Shown here: positions 10,462 to 19,800 of the stretch, one piece after another
Position numbering within the stretch: the first letter of the stretch is position 1
Layout of the letters: the number at the start of each line of letters is the position of its first letter
From: Scandinavium sp. SGZ-S8
GTDB lineage: Bacteria; Pseudomonadota; Gammaproteobacteria; Enterobacterales; Enterobacteriaceae
Length of the DNA stretch: 32,000 bases
NCBI RefSeq assembly: GCF_036409475.1
Contig: NZ_JAYRCK010000005.1
Location: 142,335-174,334, forward strand
Direction of reading: 5' to 3'
Made by a program: the position numbers and the translations under genes
Notes under the pieces: generated by a model
The model's database searches: none
What the model was told of the DNA's origin: nothing
Seen by the model: only the letters and a program-made list of their open reading frames with translations

Positions 10462-10530
10462 TTATCCCCGCTGACGCGGGGAACTGAAAAGCACTTTCCT
10501 ACGGTTCATCCCTATGATCATAAGGAACAT
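10458..10530 (-). ncRNA. Mini-CRISPR / crRNA-like RNA gene: psiR1 (10530-10502), 15-nt pseudo-spacer (10501-10487), psiR2 (10486-10458)
   Basis: The minus strand reads ATGTTCCTTATGATCATAGGGATGAACCG - TAGGAAAGTGCTTTT - CAGTTCCCCGCGTCAGCGGGGATAATCAC. psiR2 matches the array repeat (GTCA-loop variant) at 24/29, with an intact hairpin and cleavage-site context. psiR1 matches at 17/29. It keeps both termini (TGTTCC... and ...GGGATgAACCG, a 7/8 5'-handle). Its altered interior still forms a 6-bp stem (CCTTAT/ATAGGG) plus a GATC tetraloop at exactly the canonical stem positions. Confidence 0.6.
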
Positions 10531-10534
10531 GAAA

Positions 10535-10563
10535 ATTGTAGCAGAATTCTTGATAAAGAATAA
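10535..10563 (-). promoter_or_regulatory. Candidate sigma70 promoter for the mini-CRISPR (extended -10)
   Basis: The minus strand reads TGcTACAAT (10543-10535), an extended -10. A weak -35 TTATTC (10563-10558) lies at 17-nt spacing. The predicted start falls within the first bases of psiR1, around 10530-10528. Confidence 0.4.
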
Positions 10564-10581
10564 TGAACTTAATTTTTTTCT

Positions 10582-10599
10582 AAAAGCACTTTCCTACTT
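10582..10599 (+). promoter_or_regulatory. Predicted Cascade binding site: 15-nt match to the pseudo-spacer plus AAG PAM
   Basis: Plus strand AAAAGCACTTTCCTA (10582-10596) is identical to 10487-10501, so it is complementary to the predicted psi-crRNA. The adjacent CTT (10597-10599) equals 5'-AAG-3' on the non-target strand, immediately 5' of the protospacer. That is the optimal type I-E PAM. At the mini-array locus itself the same position is the repeat-derived CCG. Confidence 0.5.
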
Positions 10600-10759
10600 A
10601 ATTTGATTATTGTGTTTCATTAGTGGCTGTTGCATAGTTGACCAAGGAAGGGCCGATTTATCAGTAAAGGAGCCCCGGAAGAGGAGATTCCGTACTGAAT
10701 CTGTATAAGTAACTGCGATCTAAAACGTCCAGGTTACCAGCTACTGAAAGGTATCTTTT

Positions 10760-10840
10760 ATGACGATTTCTTTTGTGCTTAATCAGCCAGAAATGATCAT
10801 GTTATTTGCATTTCTTCTGTCTGGCTTAAAGCGTCTATAA
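10760..10840 (+). CDS. Hypothetical 26-aa hydrophobic peptide (MTISFVLNQPEMIMLFAFLLSGLKRL)
   Basis: ATG at 10760 is preceded by GAAAGG 9-14 nt upstream, and TAA is at 10838-10840. The product is a hydrophobic core with a basic C-terminal KR. It is too short for composition-based support, and no homolog is known to me. Confidence 0.2.
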   Translation: MTISFVLNQPEMIMLFAFLLSGLKRL

Positions 10841-10845
10841 CGTTT

Positions 10846-10867
10846 GGCTGGCCCAGATGGGCCAGCC
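10846..10867 (+). other. Perfect 10+10 inverted repeat (GGCTGGCCCA-ga-TGGGCCAGCC) just upstream of the cse1 RBS
   Basis: Read directly from the sequence. It lies 5 nt after the small ORF stop and 4 nt before the AGGAG Shine-Dalgarno (10872-10876) of cse1. No U-tract follows. Confidence 0.6.
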
Positions 10868-10884
10868 CTACAGGAGTGAATTGA

Positions 10885-12444
10885 ATGGATTTGATCACGG
10901 AAAGATGGCTGCCCGTTACGCTCACATCGGGTGAGCAAATCAAAATCTCTCTTTCTGAACTACTGGCTGACAACATTGTTGATGCTGCCTATCCCCGTGC
11001 CGATTTTCAGGGCGCAGCCTGGCAGATGCTTATCGGCATCATGCAATGCACGGTCGCACCGGAAGACAGGGGAGAGTGGAAGAGTGTATGGAAGAAGGGG
11101 ATAGACGAATCGCAGTGGAAAAAGGCGCTGGGCGTTATTTCCTCTGCGCTGCAGTTTGGCGAACAGAAACCCTCGTTTTTGCAGAGTTTCGATGCACTGG
11201 ACTGTGAGGCTGGTCCTGTCAGCGGGCTGCTGATTGACGCACCAGGCGGGAACGCCCTCAAGCTGAATAAAGATCATTTTGTTAAGCGTGGCAATACGGA
11301 CAGGATCTGCCCTCATTGCGCCGTCATGGCGCTGTTTACCGTTCAGACTAACTCACCCGCAGGCGGTGCGGGATTTCGGGTCGGTATGCGCGGCGGTGGG
11401 CCGTTGACTACGCTGGTTGTCCCGCAGGATGAAGCCTCGGTTCCGCTGTGGAAGAAGCTGTGGCTTAACGTGTTAGTGCAGGAGACGGCCCTCACAACTG
11501 CACAGCTACCGCTGATTTTCCCATGGCTTGCGGCGACCAGAACCAGCGAAAAACCGGGCAACAGTGTAACGCCGGACAACGCCCATCCTCTTCAGGCTTA
11601 TTGGGGCATGCCACGTCGCATTGAACTGGATTTTTCGTCAACCGAGCCCGGGCGTTGCTCGCTCTGCGGCGAGACACACGACAATCTGCTGATACAAATG
11701 CGCGGCAAAAACTATGGCGTTCAGTATGACAGTTGGCGGCATCCGTTTTCACCCTATCGGGCGGCGCTGAAAGATCCGTCCGCGCCCTGGCTGGCGCTAA
11801 AAGGGCAACCTGGCGGGCTAAGTTATAAAGACTGGATGGGCCTGCTGTGGGACAGCGAAGATAACTATAACAAAACGCAGCCTGCAAAAGTGGTCAGGGC
11901 CGCGAGCAGAGTCAGCGACACGCACCTGTGGTGTTTTGCCTATGACATGGATAATGCCAAGGCCCGCTGCTGGTATCAGCATCGTATCCCCATGATTAAC
12001 ACCTCCGTCCCTGAACTTTTCAATGGCGTGATGACGAGTGTGATTTCCACGGCATCTGATGCTCTCTTTGTGCTGAAAAAAGCGCTGAAAAGCGCCATGT
12101 TTGATGCGCCTTCAGAGGCAAAAGTGGATTTCAGCATGCGGGAGATTGCTTTCTGGCAGGAAACTGAACCGGCTTTTCGTCGGTTAGTGGCGGCACTGAC
12201 AGCCGATCCTCATTGTGCTGAGCAAAAGACCCGCAAGGCGCTTCGCCTGTGGGACAGCGAGCTGCATCATTATGTGATTACCGCATTCGACCGTCAGATC
12301 CTCACGAATGCGGATTGCCCCGACAAAATTCTCATGCGCCAGCTCGACGCCCGTCGCGTGCTGGAGAGTGATTACAGCAAACTCAAGGCGCGCAAGGAAT
12401 TACTCATGAGCGCAGAGGAAGATAAGGAAACCCGCCATGATTAA
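10885..12444 (+). CDS. cse1: Type I-E Cascade large subunit Cse1/Cas8e (CasA)
   Basis: 519-aa ORF with AGGAG 8 nt upstream. The N-terminus MDLITERWLPV... and the motif GGAGFRVGMRGGGPLTTLV parallel E. coli CasA (NWIPV...; GGGFKSGLRGGTPVTTFV). It has the CxxC...CxxC-like pair CPHC/CSLCG. It is the first gene of the Cascade operon. Confidence 0.9.
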   Translation: MDLITERWLPVTLTSGEQIKISLSELLADNIVDAAYPRADFQGAAWQMLIGIMQCTVAPEDRGEWKSVWKKGIDESQWKKALGVISSALQFGEQKPSFLQSFDALDCEAGPVSGLLIDAPGGNALKLNKDHFVKRGNTDRICPHCAVMALFTVQTNSPAGGAGFRVGMRGGGPLTTLVVPQDEASVPLWKKLWLNVLVQETALTTAQLPLIFPWLAATRTSEKPGNSVTPDNAHPLQAYWGMPRRIELDFSSTEPGRCSLCGETHDNLLIQMRGKNYGVQYDSWRHPFSPYRAALKDPSAPWLALKGQPGGLSYKDWMGLLWDSEDNYNKTQPAKVVRAASRVSDTHLWCFAYDMDNAKARCWYQHRIPMINTSVPELFNGVMTSVISTASDALFVLKKALKSAMFDAPSEAKVDFSMREIAFWQETEPAFRRLVAALTADPHCAEQKTRKALRLWDSELHHYVITAFDRQILTNADCPDKILMRQLDARRVLESDYSKLKARKELLMSAEEDKETRHD

Positions 12445-13033
12445 CAGCAAAACCGATGCCCTGTTAAGACTGACCACGCCGGAAGTTCAGGATATTTTTT
12501 TTGAGTGGTTCAGCATTTTATCTGAGCGCTACTCTTCTCTTGATAACCAAAAAGTTAATGGCCGTGCCTGGCGTGCGGAGCTCAAACGGGCAGAAGCGCC
12601 GTATGGCGTCATGCTCTGTGAAGGCTATAACGCATTGACTCGCCGTGTGGCGGAAAAGATGACGCTCAGCGAAGTGGACAAAATGGCGCTGTCATTGTTT
12701 GTCAGCGTCGCTGTGCATATTAAACGTGATAACGCTGACCGCAGCTTTGCCGCCCAGCTTGGTGAAAAGCGTAACGGTAGCACGTCCTGCGTCTCTTCGC
12801 TGCGCTTTGAGCGGATGTTAAAAGCCCGTCAGCCTGACGATTTTTGCCGCCTGCTGATTCAGGCGGTCAGGATCCGCGACAAGGAAGGCTGCAATATTAT
12901 CTGGCTTGCCGACAGCCTCTTTATCTGGATGAAAGAGTGGGCCGACCGTGAGGCCAATCTGCCTGAATCCAGCAACCCCTTTGAACGCAGCAACGTTCGC
13001 TGGGTCAATGAATATCTCTCTACTTCGCGCTAA
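12437..13033 (+). CDS. cse2: Type I-E Cascade small subunit Cse2/Cas11 (CasB)
   Basis: 198-aa ORF overlapping the cse1 stop by 8 nt (ATGATTAA). Its position between cse1 and cas7e is invariant in I-E loci. The sequence is helical and basic (…RAWRAELKRAE…). Confidence 0.85.
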   Translation: MINSKTDALLRLTTPEVQDIFFEWFSILSERYSSLDNQKVNGRAWRAELKRAEAPYGVMLCEGYNALTRRVAEKMTLSEVDKMALSLFVSVAVHIKRDNADRSFAAQLGEKRNGSTSCVSSLRFERMLKARQPDDFCRLLIQAVRIRDKEGCNIIWLADSLFIWMKEWADREANLPESSNPFERSNVRWVNEYLSTSR

Positions 13034-13058
13034 CTCGTTATTTAAAAAGGATCTCATT

Positions 13059-14117
13059 ATGACGACATTTGTTCAGCTTCATTTTCTGACCGCTTATGCG
13101 CCTGCCAACCTTAACCGTGACGAATCCGGCCGCCCAAAAACGGCGTTTATGGGGGGCGTGGAGCGCCTGCGTGTCTCTTCGCAAAGTCTCAAGCGTGCAT
13201 GGCGTGTTTCAGACGCTTTTTATGAGGCGGTGGATGAAAACATCGGTAAGCGTACTCGCCGAATCGGTCTTGACTATGTGTATAAGCCGATGACAACCGC
13301 GGGCATCGACAAAGACACGGCAAAAAGTGCAGCAGACGCTATCGCGGGCCATTTCGGGAAAGTGAAGAGTGACAAAAAAGCGCCGGTAGAAAAAAATCTG
13401 GAAACCGAGCAAATCGTGCATATCAGTAATCACGAAATCGCGTTGATTCAGGCGTTGGTCGCCACACTGATTAACGAAAACCGGGTACCAACAGAGGAAG
13501 AAGTCAAACTGCTGCGTAAAGAGCAGCACGCCGTGGATATGGCGATGTTTGGCCGCATGCTGGCTTCTTCGCCGGAGTTTAACGTGGAGGCGGCCTGTCA
13601 GGTTTCTCATGCGCTTGGGGTTAGCGCCGTCACCGTTGAATCAGACTTTTTTACGGCTGTCGACGATCTGAATAATAAAGAAGAGGACGCGGGTTCCGCG
13701 CATATGGGGGAACAGGGTTTTGCTTCTGCGCTATTTTACACCTATCTGTGCATTAACCGCTGCCTGCTGGTGGAAAACCTTGGCGGTGATGAAGCGCTGG
13801 CAAAACGCACGATCGCGGCGCTGACCCACACTGCGCTGACGGTTGCGCCTACGGGCAAGCAAAACAGCTTTGCCTCCCGCGCTTACGCATCTTATGCACT
13901 GGCGGAGATCGGTCAGCAGCAGCCGCGTTCTCTGGCCGCGGCGTTCTTCCAGCCGATTCGCGAAAGCCACCAGATTCAGGCGGCGATTGCGCGGCTGGAA
14001 GCGCAGCGCGACAACTTCGACACGGTATATGGCAAATGCGCTGACGCACACCAGTCATTTAACGTGGAGAAAGGGGAAGGTTCACTGGAAGCGTTGCTGG
14101 CTTTTGTGCGCCAGTAA
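13059..14117 (+). CDS. cas7: Type I-E Cascade backbone subunit Cas7e (CasC/Cse4)
   Basis: I chose the ATG at 13059 (MTTFVQLHFLTAYAPANLNRDESGRPKTAFMGGVERLRVSSQSLKRAWR), preceded by AAAGGA. This N-terminus is the conserved Cas7e signature. The track ORF start at 12948 would overlap cse2. Confidence 0.92.
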   Translation: MTTFVQLHFLTAYAPANLNRDESGRPKTAFMGGVERLRVSSQSLKRAWRVSDAFYEAVDENIGKRTRRIGLDYVYKPMTTAGIDKDTAKSAADAIAGHFGKVKSDKKAPVEKNLETEQIVHISNHEIALIQALVATLINENRVPTEEEVKLLRKEQHAVDMAMFGRMLASSPEFNVEAACQVSHALGVSAVTVESDFFTAVDDLNNKEEDAGSAHMGEQGFASALFYTYLCINRCLLVENLGGDEALAKRTIAALTHTALTVAPTGKQNSFASRAYASYALAEIGQQQPRSLAAAFFQPIRESHQIQAAIARLEAQRDNFDTVYGKCADAHQSFNVEKGEGSLEALLAFVRQ

Positions 14118-14126
14118 GGACGGGCA

Positions 14127-14852
14127 ATGAAGGATTACCTGATTTTTCAGCTCTACTCGCCGCTGGCATCATGGGGGGAAGAGGCCGTCGGCGAAGTGCG
14201 GCATTCGGCGACAGTGCCGACACGCTCAGCGTTGCTCGGCCTGCTTGCCGCAGCCGTTGGGATCCGCCGTGACGAAGAGCAACGTTTAGCCGCTTTTCAT
14301 GACGGCTACTTTTTCACGGTGCATGCCCTGGCGTCTCAGGATCGCTGGTTGCGGGACTATCACACGGTCAGCATGCCCCGGGAAAACAAAAAATATCATT
14401 ACCACACCCGTCGGGAAGAACTTTGTCTTGCCCCGGATGAAGTGAGTACGTTGATTTCACAGCGGGAGTATCGCTGCGACGCCTACTGGCACGTCGCCGT
14501 TTCGGCAAAGCCCAATGCGCCTTATTCGCTTGCCGATTTGCAACAAGCGTTACTCACACCGCATTTCCCGCTCTATCTCGGCAGAAAGTCCTGCCCACTG
14601 GCCTTGCCGCTATCGCCGCGTCTGTTAAGCGGTGATGTAAAGCAGGTATTGCAGAGTGCGGCAAAGACGTTGCGTCCGGTGGAGCTGCAAGGCTTTCTTT
14701 CGCAAAGCGGCGTTTGCTATTGGGACGATCCGCAGGAAAACAGCCTGAAATGGCAACAAAAGCTGCGCAGCAATAACCAGCCTTTGAGCCGACAGCGCTG
14801 GCAGTTTGGTAGTTATCTGCGCTTTAGCGGGCCATTACAGGGAGGCGAATAA
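14127..14852 (+). CDS. cas5: Type I-E Cas5e (CasD)
   Basis: 241-aa ORF. MKDYLIFQLYSPLASWGE...PTRSALLGLLAAAVGIRRDE parallels E. coli CasD (MRSYLILRLAGPMQAWGQ...PTRSGLLGLLGACLGIQRDD). Confidence 0.92.
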   Translation: MKDYLIFQLYSPLASWGEEAVGEVRHSATVPTRSALLGLLAAAVGIRRDEEQRLAAFHDGYFFTVHALASQDRWLRDYHTVSMPRENKKYHYHTRREELCLAPDEVSTLISQREYRCDAYWHVAVSAKPNAPYSLADLQQALLTPHFPLYLGRKSCPLALPLSPRLLSGDVKQVLQSAAKTLRPVELQGFLSQSGVCYWDDPQENSLKWQQKLRSNNQPLSRQRWQFGSYLRFSGPLQGGE

Positions 14853-15552
14853 TGTATCTGTCACGTATTCAACTCCGTTTTAATCAGCTTCGCCCAGAGA
14901 TGCTGGCAAAATGGGATGCCGCCGCGCCTTATGCCAGCCATCAGTGGCTGTGGCAGCTATTTCCTGAATTGCAAACGCGCCATTTTCTGTTTCGCCAGGA
15001 GCTGAAAGGCGGTTTCTTTGTGCTGTCGGCAACACCTCCACTCATTGAACATAACCTTTTTCAGATAGAAACCCGGCCGTTTAAACCGCAGCTGGGGAAA
15101 GGGGCATTACTCGATTTCCAGCTACGCGCTAATCCTGTTGTCACGCGAAACGGCAAGCGCAGCGACGTCATGATGGATGCCAAATATCAGGCGAAAGTGC
15201 AGGGGATACCGCAACCAAAATGGTGGGCGCTTCAGCAGGAGGCGGCGCAGCACTGGCTGACAATGCAGGGACAGCAACATGGTTTCACCCCCGTTTTCCC
15301 TGACAGTGACTCGTTCGCATCCTGGGCGGGGGATGATGACGCCATGGAGCCTGCAAAAACTTGCGTCACAGCCTATACGCAGCATCGTTTTGCGCGCAAA
15401 GAGGGCGAAAAGCCCATTGTGTTCAGTAGCGTTGATTTTGCCGGAACGCTGCGGGTTACGGATCCTGTCGCATTTGAACGGGCGTTGTTTACCGGGCTTG
15501 GAAAAAGTAAAGCGCTGGGCTGCGGTCTGTTGATGGTCAAACGGAGGACGTA

Positions 15553-15553
<1 letters not shown>
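14852..15553 (+). CDS. cas6e: Type I-E pre-crRNA endoribonuclease Cas6e (CasE/Cse3)
   Basis: 233-aa ORF with a TAATG overlap onto cas5. It starts MYLSRI... and has the C-terminal glycine-rich motif GLGKSKALGCGLLMV (compare E. coli GIGPAKSMGCGLLSL). Confidence 0.92.
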
Positions 15554-16757
<1,204 letters not shown>

Positions 16758-16850
16758 AATCAACAGGTTAGGCTCTTTAAAAAATTGATATTCTTTGGTG
16801 GGAATATTTCCATGGGTAATTTCCTTTTAATTCAATGATCTATTTTTAGA
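16758..16850 (+). promoter_or_regulatory. CRISPR leader
   Basis: A 93-nt AT-rich spacer between the cas2 stop and the first repeat, in the same orientation as the repeats. It has two matches to the IHF consensus WATCAANNNNTTR: AATCAACAGGTTA (16758-16770, forward) and TAAAAAATTGATA (16778-16790, reverse). The promoter was not pinned down. Confidence 0.8.
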
Positions 16851-19800
16851 GTGTTCCCCGCGCCAGCGGGGATAAACCGCGAGTTATTAGAGGCTTGGTG
16901 GTTGCTGTACGGTGTTCCCCGCGCCAGCGGGGATAAACCGAAACTGACCTCCTACGTGACTGCGGGCAAGCTGTGTTCCCCGCGCCAGCGGGGATAAACC
17001 GGATGTTGATCCGCACGATGAATATCTGTGCTGGTGTTCCCCGCGTGAGCGGGGATAAACCGCGTGAGCAGGAAATCCGCCGGCAGTTCGCAGCGTGTTC
17101 CCCGCGTGAGCGGGGATAAACCGGCGCACGCCGACTTTGAGGCGCTCTATCAGGCGTGTTCCCCGCGTGAGCGGGGATAAACCGGCACAGGCGCTGATTA
17201 ACGCGCTGCAGGGTCAGTGTTCCCCGCGTCAGCGGGGATAAACCGGCCGCATTCAAACAGGCTGGGCAGGAGGGGGAGTGTTCCCCGCGTCAGCGGGGAT
17301 AAACCGAGGCGCAACAATCAGCAGAATTTACGTACATAGTGTTCCCCGCGTCAGCGGGGATAAACCGAAAGTGGCACCAATCCCGGGTCTGTTTGAACAG
17401 TGTTCCCCGCGTCAGCGGGGATAAACCGCGTTTTGGTCTATTACGTTTGTGCTGCCGCGCGTGTTCCCCGCGTCAGCGGGGATAAACCGCCTAATTCAAC
17501 GGCCCTTGCGGCGTTCCCCGGGTGTTCCCCGCGTCAGCGGGGATAAACCGACGCATCTGACGCGGACGTCTGCCAAACAGGAGTGTTCCCCGCGTCAGCG
17601 GGGATAAACCGCGATCACGAGGTCTTCATATGCAGGCTGAGCGGTGTTCCCCGCGTGAGCGGGGATAAACCGTCTACTTAACTTCATCTATGAGCAGTCG
17701 AACAGTGTTCCCCGCGTGAGCGGGGATAAACCGCAGAGGATTAATACGCACCAAGCAAGCCACCAGTGTTCCCCGCGTGAGCGGGGATAAACCGAGGCGC
17801 CACAATCTCAGGTGACGGAGTCGCCGGTGTTCCCCGCGTGAGCGGGGATAAACCGCATGGCGATGCAGCAGTAACAACGGACGGTAAGTGTTCCCCGCGT
17901 GAGCGGGGATAAACCGCCTAGTTTTCCGTACTTTACCAGCGTGGTATTGTGTTCCCCGCGTGAGCGGGGATAAACCGAACATTCAAGGATCTATGACCTG
18001 TCACCTGGGGTGTTCCCCGCGTGAGCGGGGATAAACCGCCTCCAGATACGCCGAACGCCGCCAAATTTCCGTGTTCCCCGCGTGAGCGGGGATAAACCGG
18101 GTGGATTCTACGCCACTAACTTAAAACGATTGTGTTCCCCGCGTGAGCGGGGATAAACCGAAAAAACAGAGTATTCATGGTTTCTCCATAGCGTGTTCCC
18201 CGCGTGAGCGGGGATAAACCGATGGCCTTCGCCGCGTTCTCCTCGTGAGCAATGTGTTCCCCGCGTGAGCGGGGATAAACCGATATTTTTTGACAAGTCA
18301 AGCGGAAAGAATCTGTGTTCCCCGCGTGAGCGGGGATAAACCGCATTACGGCGGAAACTACTCCGGACCGGGCGCGTGTTCCCCGCGTGAGCGGGGATAA
18401 ACCGCTGGTGGCGTTTGATAACAGGCTGCTGATGCTGTGTTCCCCGCGTGAGCGGGGATAAACCGGCCGTGGTCCAGTGGCCGCACAATATGAAACTGTG
18501 TTCCCCGCGTGAGCGGGGATAAACCGCGAGTCCGGCTTTACATCGCACCAATCGCACGGTGTTCCCCGCGTGAGCGGGGATAAACCGCAGAAATGCCAAT
18601 GCAACGCCTGAAATGAATTGTGTTCCCCGCGTGAGCGGGGATAAACCGGGGCGAGCGAAATAATGCCAGTAGAAACAGCAGTGTTCCCCGCGTGAGCGGG
18701 GATAAACCGCGCATTGCTGATCTGGAGAAAGATGCTCAGGGGTGTTCCCCGCGTGAGCGGGGATAAACCGGGGCGAGCGAAATAATGCCAGTAGAAACAG
18801 CAGTGTTCCCCGCGTGAGCGGGGATAAACCGCTATTTGCTGGACCGAGACAATTAACGAAGCAGTGTTCCCCGCGTGAGCGGGGATAAACCGCTGGCAGA
18901 ACGCCTGCACGCCATCAAAGAACAGTGTTCCCCGCGTGAGCGGGGATAAACCGTCTTATAACAGTTTTATGTTATATGCCCCTGTGTGTTCCCCGCGTGA
19001 GCGGGGATAAACCGCAGCTTGACAGGTTGGGCGAAGAGAGGGGGGCGTGTTCCCCGCGTGAGCGGGGATAAACCGCCTAGAGCAGCGAATAACGTACAGT
19101 GAGCAGGGTGTTCCCCGCGTGAGCGGGGATAAACCGTGATCGATATAGCCAGGCACAGAATACGTTGGGTGTTCCCCGCGTGAGCGGGGATAAACCGTAG
19201 ATTAAATTTAGCTAGCTGTTTTAGGCGCTGTGTTCCCCGCGTGAGCGGGGATAAACCGATTACATTCGCCCACTGGAGAGGATCCCCGGCTGTGTTCCCC
19301 GCGTGAGCGGGGATAAACCGGGTTCAGACGGGAACAGATTGCTGCTACGGAAGTGTTCCCCGCGTGAGCGGGGATAAACCGCAGTAATAGATGACACCCT
19401 GGTAGTTTTCGAAGTGTTCCCCGCGTGAGCGGGGATAAACCGCACAGACGGAAACAATACCCGGGCAATGATAGTGTTCCCCGCGTCAGCGGGGATAAAC
19501 CGCGCAACGTCAATTTGCGCATCATCAAGGGAATGTGTTCCCCGCGTCAGCGGGGATAAACCGGTGGCGGGCGGCGTAACGATTTACGGTGGCCAGTGTT
19601 CCCCGCGTCAGCGGGGATAAACCGGTTATCGACATTACCGCCAAGCGCGAAGGCTTGTGTTCCCCGCGTCAGCGGGGATAAACCGCCCATCACCGGATCC
19701 CAAACGACGACGCGCTGGTGTTCCCCGCGTGAGCGGGGATAAACCGGCCCGAACATCCAGGAGCGGCAACGGGCAATAGTGTTCCCCGCGTGAGCGGGGA

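Noticed and set aside
10462-10484. The possibility that the CCCCGC-tgac-GCGGGG hairpin after cas3 is merely an intrinsic terminator
   Set aside because: No U-tract follows it on the plus strand. The 23-nt identity to the array repeat extends well beyond the stem. It also pairs with a second repeat-like element at crRNA-like geometry. A contribution to cas3 3'-end formation is not excluded.
12948-13058. 37-codon N-terminal extension of cas7e in the ORF track
   Set aside because: It overlaps the 3' end of cse2. The ATG at 13059 has a good RBS and starts the conserved MTTFVQLHFLT... Cas7e N-terminus.
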